NCBI GenBank assembly: GCA_022511265.1
Contig: JAFLRX010000008.1
Coordinates: 6,620 to 70,619, forward strand
DNA: 64,000 nt
DNA from: Eubacterium sp.
GTDB lineage: Bacteria; Bacillota; Clostridia; Oscillospirales; Ruminococcaceae
Reading direction: 5' to 3'
Part shown: positions 49,712 to 58,562 of the stretch, one piece after another
How the letters are laid out: the number at the start of each line of letters is the position of its first letter
Position numbering within the stretch: the stretch's first letter is position 1
Made by a program: the position numbers and the translations under genes
Notes under the pieces: model-generated
What the model was told of the DNA's origin: nothing
The model's input: only the letters and a program-made list of their open reading frames with translations
Database searches by the model: none

Positions 49712-52700
49712 TTAGCTGCCGACAAGCTCTGAATACTTGTCCTCGACAACTGCTTTTACTTCATTTTCCTGCTCGTCCGGCAGCTCCTTCAGCTGTCTGA
49801 ACGCCTGTGCCAGCATCAGCTTGATACGGTTGACCTGGTTTACCTCAGACGCGCCGGGGTCATAGTCAACGGCGATGATGTTGGACTGCGGGTTCTGCCG
49901 TCTCAGCTCGCCGATGATGCCCTTGCCGGTGACGTGATTCGGCAGGCAGGCAAACGGCTGCATGCAGATAATATTGTTTACGCCGCTGTGGATAAGCTCT
50001 ATCATCTCCGCGGATAAGAACCAGCCCTCGCCCGCGATGTTGCCGGTGCTGACTACGCCCTCTACCAGCTTTCTCATCTCGCTTATCTTCATAAACGAAC
50101 CGAACTTAGTACCCTCTATCGCCTTGCGGTAGGACTTTTGCATCCACTCGATAAAGTGTATTGCCGCATTGGACAGCTTGTACCGTGCGTCGGACACCGT
50201 CAGCAGCTCGTGCCGCGAATTTGCGTGGTCACAGATGTAGTAGATGAATCCCATAAGGTCGGGTACTACCGCCTCCGCGCCCTCGCTCTCTACTAAGTCT
50301 ACCGCGAAATTGTTTGCCGCTGGGTGGTATTTTACCAATATCTCTCCGACCAGACCTACCTTGGGTTTTACAATATCAAGGCAGGGTATCGAGTCAAAGT
50401 CCTTTACTATCGCGCGGACATTCTTGTTAAAGCGTCCGATAGACAGGTGCTTGATATCCTCGCGCAGATAGGTGTTCCACTTTTCGTACATCGCGTTTGC
50501 CGCGCCCTTTTCCACCTCGTAGGGGCGCACCTTGTACAGACAGCGGCAGAGCACGTCGCCGTATATCAGCGCCATAAACGCGCGCAGCATCATAGATACC
50601 GAAATGCTGAAGCCGGGGTTTTTCTCCATGCCGACAACATTCAGCGATATCAGCGGGATGTTGTCCAGCCCCGCGTCCTTCAGCGCCTTTTTCAGCATAC
50701 CGACGTAGTTGGTCGCCCTGCATGCGCCGCCGGTCTGGGTGATAAGCACCGACACGTTGTCCTTGTCGTATTCGCCGCTGTTCAGTGCGTGCAGCAGCTG
50801 ACCTATCGTGATTATCGCTGGATAGCATGCGTCGTTGTTGACGTATTTCAGTCCCTCGTCCACCACCTGCTTGGAATAATCCTTCTGTATCACGATATTG
50901 TACCCGCAATAGCGGAACGCCGCCTCCAGCAGCTCGAAATGCACAGGGGACATCTGCGGGGCGATTATCGTGTGGTTTTTCTTCATCTCTTTGGTAAACA
51001 GCGGCGGCTTTTTGTACGGCTTGAACTCGCCTGTGGGCTTTACGCCGTTTCTCTCCCGCTCTTCCATTACCGAGATAAGCGAGCGCAGACGTATCCGCGC
51101 AGCGCCGAGGTTGTTCACCTCGTCTATCTTCAGCACCGTATACATACGGTCATAGCCCTGCTGGAGTATTTCCTGCACCTCGTCGGTGGTTATCGCATCC
51201 AGTCCGCAGCCAAAGCTGTTCAGCTGTACCAGCTCAAGCTCGGGCGTTTTGCCGACCAGAGACGCCGCCGCATACAGACGGGTGTGATACATCCACTGGT
51301 CAACTATTCTTATCGGACGCACAATATTTCCGAGGTGCGCTACGCTGTCCTCGGTCAGCACCGCAAAGCCATAGCCGTTTATCATCTCGGGTATGCCGTG
51401 GTTTATCTCCGGGTCAACGTGATAGGGTCTGCCGGCAAGGACTATGCCCTTTCTGCCGGTCTCTTTTAACATTCTGAGGACTTCCTCACCCTTAGAGCGT
51501 ATATCGTCCTTAAAGCGTCTGTCCTCTTCGTACGCAGCCTTCAGTGCCGGACCTATCTCCGCGCCGCCGATACCCAGCGGGTGGAACACCTCGATGAGAC
51601 GCTCCAGCATCCTGTCCTCATCATATATCGGCAGGAACGGGTTGAGGAAGGTAACATCCTCCTCCCTCAGCTCGGGTACGGAGTTCTTGATTACCTCGCT
51701 GTAGGTCGCCACAACAGGGCAGTTATAGTGGTTGTCGCCGCCTCCGCCGTTGTCCATTTCATACGGCAGAGAGGGGTAGAAGATAAACTTCACCCCGTCG
51801 TTCAGCAGTGACATTATATGTCCGTGAGAAAGCTTTGCGGGATAGCATACCGACTCTGACGGCATTGTCTCTATGCCTAGGTCGTATATGTCACGTCCCG
51901 ACTTCGGCGACAGCTTTACGCTGTAGCCGAGCTTGGTAAAGAACGTAAACCAGAACGGATAGTTCTCGTACATACCCAGCACACGCGGCAGTCCTACAAC
52001 GCCGCGCTCTGCCTTGTCCTCCGGCAGCGGCTGATAATCAAACAGCCGATTATATTTATATTCAAACAGGTTGGGCAGGTCGGATTTTTTTGCTCCGCCG
52101 CCCGCGCCGCGCTCGCAGCGGTTGTTGGTGATAAATCTTGTGCCGTCGTCAAAGCGGCTGATGGTCAGCAGACAGTTGTTAGAGCAGCGTCCGCAGCGCG
52201 CGGTGGTCTTGGTGATATTAAAGCTGTCAAGCCTGTCCGCAGTAGCTATGGTGCTGCCCTTTCCGTCGTCGCGCTCGATAGCAACCAGTGCGCTGCCGTA
52301 GGCACCCATAAGGCCCGCCTTATCGGGTCTTACAACTTCACGCTCGCAGGTCAGCTCGAACGCGCGCAGCACCGAATCGTTGAGGAATGTGCCGCCCTGC
52401 ACGATTATCTTATCACCCATCGCCTTGGGGTCGCGTATCTTTATTACCTTGAACAGCGCGTTCTTTACTACCGAATAAGACAGTCCTGCGGAAATATCCG
52501 CTACGCTGGCACCCTCTTTCTGCGCCTGCTTTACACGGCTGTTCATAAACACCGTGCAGCGCGAGCCGAGGTCAACGGGATTTTTAGCGTCCAGTCCTAT
52601 TTTGGCAAACTCGGAGGATTCCATACCCAGTGCAGCCGCAAAATTCTGTATAAACGAGCCGCAGCCGGACGAGCACGCCTCGTTCAGCAGTATGCTCTCT

Positions 52701-53995
52701 ATCTCGCCGTTTCTTACGCGCATGCACTTCATGTCCTGTCCGCCTATGTCCAGTATGAACTGCACACCCGGCAGCACCTTTTCCGCCGCCTTATAATGTG
52801 CCATTGTCTCTATCTCGCCAAAATCTACCTTCAGCGCGGCTTTTATCAGATGCTCGCCGTAGCCGGTCGCGGTGGATTTCGCTATGTACGCGCCCTCAGG
52901 CAGCTTTGAATATATATCCTGCAATATACCTATAACGGATTTGAGCGGGTCACCCATATTATTACCGTAATAGGAATAGAGTATGTCTCCGTCCTTGTTG
53001 GTCAGCACCGCCTTGGTGGTGGTAGAGCCTGCGTCTACACCGAGATAGCACGCGCCCTTGTGCGCGGACAGATCCTTTACGGGGATAACCGACTTTGCGT
53101 GACGGGCGATGAACTCCTCACGCTCCTGCTCGTCCTTGAACAGCGGGGCGAGACGCTCTACCTCATGCACCTCTACCGCCGACAGCGTGGTCAGCTTTTC
53201 ACGCAATGCTGATGTCTCCGTCTCGGCACGGTTGTCCGAGAAGGACGCGCCCATCGCCACGAACAGGTTGGCGTCCTCGGGGAATATGATATGCTCGTCG
53301 TCCAGCTGTAGGGTCTCGATAAATCTCTTTCTCAGCTCGGACAGATAATGCAGCGGTCCGCCCAAAAACGCGACATAGCCGCGTATCGGCTTGCCGCAGG
53401 CAAGCCCGCTTATCGTCTGGTTTACCACCGACTGGAATATCGACGCGGCGACGTCGCTCTTCTTAGCGCCGTCGTTCAACAGCGGCTGTATGTCGCTCTT
53501 GGCAAACACGCCGCAGCGGGACGCGATGGGGTATATCACCGTGTATTCCTTGGCCAGCTCGTTAAGCCCTGTGATATCGGTGTTCAGCAGGGCCGCCATC
53601 TGGTCGATGAACGCGCCTGTGCCGCCCGCGCAGGTGCCGTTCATACGCTGTTCTACACCGCCGCGCAGATAGGTTATCTTTGCGTCCTCGCCGCCAAGCT
53701 CGATAGCGACGTCGGTCTTGGGGATAAGCGCCTGTATCGCCTCGGTGCCTGCGGTAACCTCCTGCACAAAGGGTATATCCAGCCAATGCGACACCGAGAT
53801 ACCGCCCGAGCCTGTTACCGCAACGGTAACGGTATCGTCCTTCACGGTATCAAGACAACCGCCCAGCACCTCGGCAATGGTCTTTTTGATATCGGAATAG
53901 TGCCGCTGATAGTTTTTGTATATCAGTTTTCTTTCGTCGTCGGTCACCGCTATCTTTACGGTGGTAGAGCCGACATCCAATCCTATATGTAGCAT
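49712..53995 (-). CDS. 2-hydroxyacyl-CoA dehydratase activase-type fusion protein (two ASKHA ATPase modules + DUF2229-like domains)
   Basis: [30 protein letters not shown]; [29 protein letters not shown]; PFACLPNH. Confidence 0.9.
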   Translation of the reverse strand: MLHIGLDVGSTTVKIAVTDDERKLIYKNYQRHYSDIKKTIAEVLGGCLDTVKDDTVTVAVTGSGGISVSHWLDIPFVQEVTAGTEAIQALIPKTDVAIELGGEDAKITYLRGGVEQRMNGTCAGGTGAFIDQMAALLNTDITGLNELAKEYTVIYPIASRCGVFAKSDIQPLLNDGAKKSDVAASIFQSVVNQTISGLACGKPIRGYVAFLGGPLHYLSELRKRFIETLQLDDEHIIFPEDANLFVAMGASFSDNRAETETSALREKLTTLSAVEVHEVERLAPLFKDEQEREEFIARHAKSVIPVKDLSAHKGACYLGVDAGSTTTKAVLTNKDGDILYSYYGNNMGDPLKSVIGILQDIYSKLPEGAYIAKSTATGYGEHLIKAALKVDFGEIETMAHYKAAEKVLPGVQFILDIGGQDMKCMRVRNGEIESILLNEACSSGCGSFIQNFAAALGMESSEFAKIGLDAKNPVDLGSRCTVFMNSRVKQAQKEGASVADISAGLSYSVVKNALFKVIKIRDPKAMGDKIIVQGGTFLNDSVLRAFELTCEREVVRPDKAGLMGAYGSALVAIERDDGKGSTIATADRLDSFNITKTTARCGRCSNNCLLTISRFDDGTRFITNNRCERGAGGGAKKSDLPNLFEYKYNRLFDYQPLPEDKAERGVVGLPRVLGMYENYPFWFTFFTKLGYSVKLSPKSGRDIYDLGIETMPSESVCYPAKLSHGHIMSLLNDGVKFIFYPSLPYEMDNGGGGDNHYNCPVVATYSEVIKNSVPELREEDVTFLNPFLPIYDEDRMLERLIEVFHPLGIGGAEIGPALKAAYEEDRRFKDDIRSKGEEVLRMLKETGRKGIVLAGRPYHVDPEINHGIPEMINGYGFAVLTEDSVAHLGNIVRPIRIVDQWMYHTRLYAAASLVGKTPELELVQLNSFGCGLDAITTDEVQEILQQGYDRMYTVLKIDEVNNLGAARIRLRSLISVMEERERNGVKPTGEFKPYKKPPLFTKEMKKNHTIIAPQMSPVHFELLEAAFRYCGYNIVIQKDYSKQVVDEGLKYVNNDACYPAIITIGQLLHALNSGEYDKDNVSVLITQTGGACRATNYVGMLKKALKDAGLDNIPLISLNVVGMEKNPGFSISVSMMLRAFMALIYGDVLCRCLYKVRPYEVEKGAANAMYEKWNTYLREDIKHLSIGRFNKNVRAIVKDFDSIPCLDIVKPKVGLVGEILVKYHPAANNFAVDLVESEGAEAVVPDLMGFIYYICDHANSRHELLTVSDARYKLSNAAIHFIEWMQKSYRKAIEGTKFGSFMKISEMRKLVEGVVSTGNIAGEGWFLSAEMIELIHSGVNNIICMQPFACLPNHVTGKGIIGELRRQNPQSNIIAVDYDPGASEVNQVNRIKLMLAQAFRQLKELPDEQENEVKAVVEDKYSELVGS

Positions 53996-54199
53996 CCTTA
54001 ACCTCAATTTTACACAAAATACTTCCCTGACCGCATAGTGCGACCAGTATACTAATTATACACTATACAGCGGATAATTGCAAGTAAAAAATAAAGGAAA
54101 TTTGTTAAGAAAAATTTTGTTTTTCCGTTGCATTTTTCTGTACGATGTGGTACAATAACTATCGGCTGTTTAGAAATAACCCGAAAGGACGGATAAAAT

Positions 54200-55813
54200 A
54201 TGATAACTGTTTCGGATTTAGCGATAAATTTCGGCGGGCAGACGCTTTTTAAGGACGTCAACCTGATATTCAACGCAGGCAACTGCTACGGCGTTATCGG
54301 CGCGAACGGCGCGGGCAAATCCACATTCCTGAAAATACTGTGCGGCGAGCTTGACCCCGCGGCAGGCAGCGTAAACATACCCGAGGGGCTGCGTATGTCG
54401 GTGTTAAAGCAGGACCACTTTGCCTATGACGAATACACCGTGCAGGAGACGGTGATAATGGGCAACGCGAGGCTATACGAGATAATGAAGGAAAAGGACG
54501 AGCTGTATGCCAAGGAGGATTTCTCTGAGGAGGACGGCGAGAGAGCCAGCGTGCTGGAGGGCGAGTTTGCCGAGCTCGGCGGCTGGGAGGCGGAAAGCGA
54601 CGCGTCCAAGCTGATACAGGGACTGGGACTGGACGAGGAAATTATGTATTCTCAGATGTCAAGCCTTGCCGGCAACGAAAAGGTGAAGGTGCTGCTGGCG
54701 CAGGCACTGTTCGGAAATCCTGATATTATCCTGATGGACGAGCCTACCAACCACCTTGACATCGACGCGGTGGCGTGGCTGGAGGATTTCCTTGCCGAGT
54801 ATTTCGGCACGGTGATAGTGGTATCCCACGACCGTCATTTTCTCAACAACGTATGTACCCACACAGTGGATATAGATTACGGCAAGATAAAGATGTATGT
54901 CGGCAACTACGAGTTCTGGTACGAATCCTCTCAGCTTATCCAGCGCATGTTAAAGCAGCAGAACAAGAAGGCCGAGGAAAAGATAAAAGAGCTGGAGACC
55001 TTTATCCAGCGGTTCTCCGCCAACAAGTCAAAGTCAAAGCAGGCGACCTCACGCAAAAAGCTGATAGAAAAGCTGACGGTGGAAGAGCTGCCCGCGTCCA
55101 GCCGCCGCTATCCGTTCATCAGCTTTGAGGCGGACCGCGAGATAGGCAAGGATATACTGACGGTGGACGGACTGACCAAGACCGTTGACGGCGTAAAGGT
55201 GCTGGACAACGTCAGCTTTACCGTCGGCAGGGGCGACAAGATAGCCTTTGTAGGCGAAAACGAGATAGCGGTCACCACGCTGTTTAAGATACTCAATGAG
55301 GAAGAGCAGCCGGACTCCGGCAGCTTTAAGTGGGGCAGCACCGCCAGCGTAAGCTATTTTCCGCAAGACAACACCGCGTTTTTTGAAAACTGCGACAAGT
55401 CTATAATAGACTGGATACGCCAGTACTCCAAGGATGAGACTGAGACCTACCTGCGTGGATTTTTGGGCAGAATGCTGTTCTCCGGCGACGAAGTATACAA
55501 GCCGGTCAAGGTACTGTCAGGCGGCGAGAAAGTGCGCTGCATGTTCTCGCGCATGATGCTGTTCGGCTCTAACGTGCTGATACTTGACCGCCCCACCAAC
55601 CATCTCGACCTTGAGAGCATCACCGCCGTAAACAACGGACTGCGCGACTTTAAGGGCAATATCCTGTTTGCCTCGCACGACCGCGAGATAGTACAGACCT
55701 CCGCCAACCGCATAATAGAGCTTGCCGAGGTAGGCTGCTATGACAGGCAGGGCACCTATGAGGAATATATCGAGTGGAGAAAACAAGCCCACGGCGGCAA
55801 ATTTACGTTATAA
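54200..55813 (+). CDS. ABC-F family ATPase (YkpA/YbiT-like)
   Basis: GANGAGKST, DEPTNHLD, VSHDRHFL, LSGGEKVR; two NBDs with linker, no TM. Confidence 0.93.
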   Translation: MITVSDLAINFGGQTLFKDVNLIFNAGNCYGVIGANGAGKSTFLKILCGELDPAAGSVNIPEGLRMSVLKQDHFAYDEYTVQETVIMGNARLYEIMKEKDELYAKEDFSEEDGERASVLEGEFAELGGWEAESDASKLIQGLGLDEEIMYSQMSSLAGNEKVKVLLAQALFGNPDIILMDEPTNHLDIDAVAWLEDFLAEYFGTVIVVSHDRHFLNNVCTHTVDIDYGKIKMYVGNYEFWYESSQLIQRMLKQQNKKAEEKIKELETFIQRFSANKSKSKQATSRKKLIEKLTVEELPASSRRYPFISFEADREIGKDILTVDGLTKTVDGVKVLDNVSFTVGRGDKIAFVGENEIAVTTLFKILNEEEQPDSGSFKWGSTASVSYFPQDNTAFFENCDKSIIDWIRQYSKDETETYLRGFLGRMLFSGDEVYKPVKVLSGGEKVRCMFSRMMLFGSNVLILDRPTNHLDLESITAVNNGLRDFKGNILFASHDREIVQTSANRIIELAEVGCYDRQGTYEEYIEWRKQAHGGKFTL

Positions 55814-55818
55814 TAAAG

Positions 55819-56045
55819 CCCGCCGCTGATATGAAAGCTATATGTCTATCATTGAGGGAGCCCCTTTTGTAAAAGGGTCTCCCTCATACTCCCTCCCGAA
55901 AACTTTTTAACATTTTCTTTCCGATGGGGCATATGCCCCATCGGAAAGAAAATACTGAAAGTCTTTGGGAAGGGGTACGGGGAAAACCTTTCTACAGAAA
56001 GGTTTTCCCCGATAAAACAGTATTTGTTTTCATATCAGCGGCGGG
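55819..56045. repeat. 18-bp perfect inverted repeat bracketing element copy 2
   Basis: CCCGCCGCTGATATGAAA (55819-55836) / TTTCATATCAGCGGCGGG (56028-56045), with outer A- and T-runs. Confidence 0.85.
55851..56015. repeat. composite three-hairpin intergenic element, copy 2 (REPIN/MITE-like)
   Basis: Same ends and blocks as 19385-19544; 42-bp perfect central palindrome 55912-55953. Confidence 0.85.
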
Positions 56046-56051
56046 TTTTAT

Positions 56052-56396
56052 TTAATTCAACCCAAAGCTGACTGACAGGGCGTTGTCTACCCTGCTCATC
56101 GAGCCGGTGTCCAGCTCTCCCATACGCTCTTTAAGCCGCTGTTTGTCAAGCGTACGTACCTGTTCGAGCAAGACTATAGAATCCTTTGCCAGCCCGCAGC
56201 TGTCCGCGTTTATGGAAATATGGGTGGGCAGCCTGGATTTATCCTTTTGGCTGGTTATCGCGGCGGCGATGACGGTCGGGCTGTGTTTGTTGCCTATGTC
56301 GTTCTGAACTATCAGCACCGGGCGCAGCCCGCCCTGCTCGCTGCCTACTACCGGACTTAAGTCCGCATAATAAATTTCTCCTCTTTTGACAAGCAT
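56052..56396 (-). CDS. mazF: MazF/EndoA (NdoA) family endoribonuclease
   Basis: KRGEIYYADLSPVVGSEQGGLRPVLIVQND.GN, AAITS, PTHI, SIVLLEQVRTLDKQRL. Confidence 0.95.
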   Translation of the reverse strand: MLVKRGEIYYADLSPVVGSEQGGLRPVLIVQNDIGNKHSPTVIAAAITSQKDKSRLPTHISINADSCGLAKDSIVLLEQVRTLDKQRLKERMGELDTGSMSRVDNALSVSFGLN

Positions 56397-56698
56397 AATA
56401 TTATCCCTTTCGAAAATCAAGACGGCGTTTTCAAAAATATACGCCGGAATAAATGTACAATTATATTTTTAACTGTGCCGCGCGGTTTATTCAACTCGAG
56501 GAAAAAATACCCGCGTGGCGTACGTTGTCCCCGTCAGCCTGTCTGTAAGGCTATCACAGGGTCTATATAGTTTATTATCCGGCGCGGATTTTGTTGAATG
56601 AGGTCGGCTGTAATCGGCTCATACTTGACTTTATACAAAGAAAAATATATAATATAATCAAGCATTACGCTTATATAACTTTACAAAGGAAGAAGCTT

Positions 56699-58060
56699 AT
56701 GAAAAAAATAAAACCAATACTCGCGGCAATTCTCGCCGCGGCATGCTGTATCTCTTTTGCGGCGTGTGATACGGCGGGTACAGAAAGTCAAAGCACGGAC
56801 AACTCGTCGTCAAGCGATGTATCGGTGACCGACGCATCATCGACAGCAGAAACCTCGTCCGAGGTTCAGGAGAGCAGCGACACAAACGAAAGCTCGGACC
56901 CTGCGGACGAAAGCTCTATCCCCGATGAAGAAAAAACAGAGGAGCAGATATACGACGAAATGGTAGAACGTTCATTGATGACCACCGGCGACCCCGGCAG
57001 AATGGCGCAGGTGATAAACAAGCTGGAAAATAACGAAGAGGTTACGGTGGCGTTCCTCGGCGGCTCTATAACCGAGGGCATGACCGCCGGCGCAGAGCTG
57101 TGCTGGGCAAAGCTGACATATGATTATCTTTGTGAAAAATACCCCGACGCAAAGATAAATTACGTCAACGCCGGTATGAGCGGAACACCCAGCATACTCG
57201 GCAACATCCGTCTGCAAAGAGATGTGCTGGACCACACCCCCGACCTTGTGTTTGTGGAATTTGCGGTAAACGACGGCATGGAGCAGATATACAAGGACAG
57301 CTATGAGGCGCTGGTAAGAGAGATATTACAGCAGGAAAACGACCCTGCGGTGGTGCTGTACTTCACCGTAATCAAGAGCGGTCACACCTGTCAGAGCACC
57401 ATGGCGCCGATAGGCGAAGCATACGGTCTGCCGATGGTATCGCTGAACAATGTGTTAAAGCCGGAATTTGAAAGCGGCAGAATGACCTGGGAGGATTATT
57501 CCGATGACGAGTCCCACCCCAACGTATGGGGACACGCAATGACCCGCGACCTTATCGCGTATATGTTTGAAAAGGTTGACGAGGCGGTAAAGGCATCGGA
57601 AAACACCGAGATAGCCCCCGTCCCCGATGAATGGGTATACGGCGACCGCTTTGAAAATATGCAGTTTACCGACCGTGTATACAACACCGACCTGATAAAG
57701 ATAACATCTACCGGCTCGTTCTATGAGAAGGATACGCTTAACCAGTTCCCTAACGGCTGGGAAATAAAGGGCAGTGTTGAAAATATGTCCGACCCGTTCG
57801 AGTTCACCTTTACAGGTGATAACCTGTTTATGCTGACGCTTTGTGCCAACAGCGATGTGTACGCGGATATACAGGTAACCGTTGACGGCGAGGAGGTCGG
57901 CATATTCCCCACAAGCTCGCCCAACGGCTGGAGCAACCCCGAACAGACGCTGATATTCAGCGGTGAGAACAAAGAGCATACCGTCTCGCTGAAGCCGATT
58001 GCCAAAGAAGGAAAAACAGCAATGTTTGCAAACCTTCTCGGATTTGGTATTACTAATTGA
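56699..58060 (+). CDS. SGNH/GDSL hydrolase lipoprotein
   Basis: Lipobox FAAC, S/T-rich linker, FLGGSITEG, NAGMSGT, EFAVND, DESHP. Confidence 0.88.
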   Translation: MKKIKPILAAILAAACCISFAACDTAGTESQSTDNSSSSDVSVTDASSTAETSSEVQESSDTNESSDPADESSIPDEEKTEEQIYDEMVERSLMTTGDPGRMAQVINKLENNEEVTVAFLGGSITEGMTAGAELCWAKLTYDYLCEKYPDAKINYVNAGMSGTPSILGNIRLQRDVLDHTPDLVFVEFAVNDGMEQIYKDSYEALVREILQQENDPAVVLYFTVIKSGHTCQSTMAPIGEAYGLPMVSLNNVLKPEFESGRMTWEDYSDDESHPNVWGHAMTRDLIAYMFEKVDEAVKASENTEIAPVPDEWVYGDRFENMQFTDRVYNTDLIKITSTGSFYEKDTLNQFPNGWEIKGSVENMSDPFEFTFTGDNLFMLTLCANSDVYADIQVTVDGEEVGIFPTSSPNGWSNPEQTLIFSGENKEHTVSLKPIAKEGKTAMFANLLGFGITN

Positions 58061-58073
58061 TTTATTGAATATA

Positions 58074-58107
58074 AAAAAGCGGGCTGACAAATGTCAGTCC
58101 GCTTTTT
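58074..58107. terminator. bidirectional terminator
   Basis: AAAAAGCGGGCTGAC-aaat-GTCAGTCCGCTTTTT. Confidence 0.8.
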
Positions 58108-58117
58108 TATATCATTT

Positions 58118-58546
58118 TTACTCGCTCAGCAAGGCTATCGCAGCCTTGTATTTTTCACTGCGTTCTATCGCCTTTTCATCCACAACGCTCAGTCGGGTGA
58201 GGTCGCTGTTATGCCGCAGGTCGGCAAGCTTTACAGCCTTGGCGATGGGGTTGCTTTTTATCCTCTTGATATATTCCGTATACGGTACTGCAGGGTCATG
58301 TGTCAGCAACGCCAACGCGCCGATGACTTCTTCCGAAAAGCCCATATCTCTCAGATCATCAAGAGTATAGTCGGTGTCCTCCGCCACGTCATGCAAAAGC
58401 GCCGTGATGACCGTCTCCTCGCTGTCCATCTGTTCCGCCAGATGAAACGGGTGGAAAATATACGGCATACCGCTTTTGTCCTTCTGCTCTTTATGCGCCT
58501 CAAAGGCGAGCAGCATTGCCGCCTTGGTCTTTTCGGTATAAATCAT
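58118..58546 (-). CDS. stand-alone RelA/SpoT-type HD hydrolase (small alarmone hydrolase / Mesh1-like)
   Basis: AHKEQKDKSGMPYIFHP, ALLHDVAED, VKLADLRHN. Confidence 0.85.
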   Translation of the reverse strand: MIYTEKTKAAMLLAFEAHKEQKDKSGMPYIFHPFHLAEQMDSEETVITALLHDVAEDTDYTLDDLRDMGFSEEVIGALALLTHDPAVPYTEYIKRIKSNPIAKAVKLADLRHNSDLTRLSVVDEKAIERSEKYKAAIALLSE

Positions 58547-58562
58547 TACAGCTCCTATTAAA

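Noticed and set aside
50324-51469. 381-aa + strand ORF, and similar ORFs opposite groEL, abp, comM, pcrA and the GGDEF gene
   Set aside because: Antisense shadows with no recognisable protein features.
56052-58546. mazF plus HD hydrolase as a defence island or toxSAS-type pair
   Set aside because: They are in different transcription units separated by the SGNH gene, no synthetase is present, and the surroundings are housekeeping genes.
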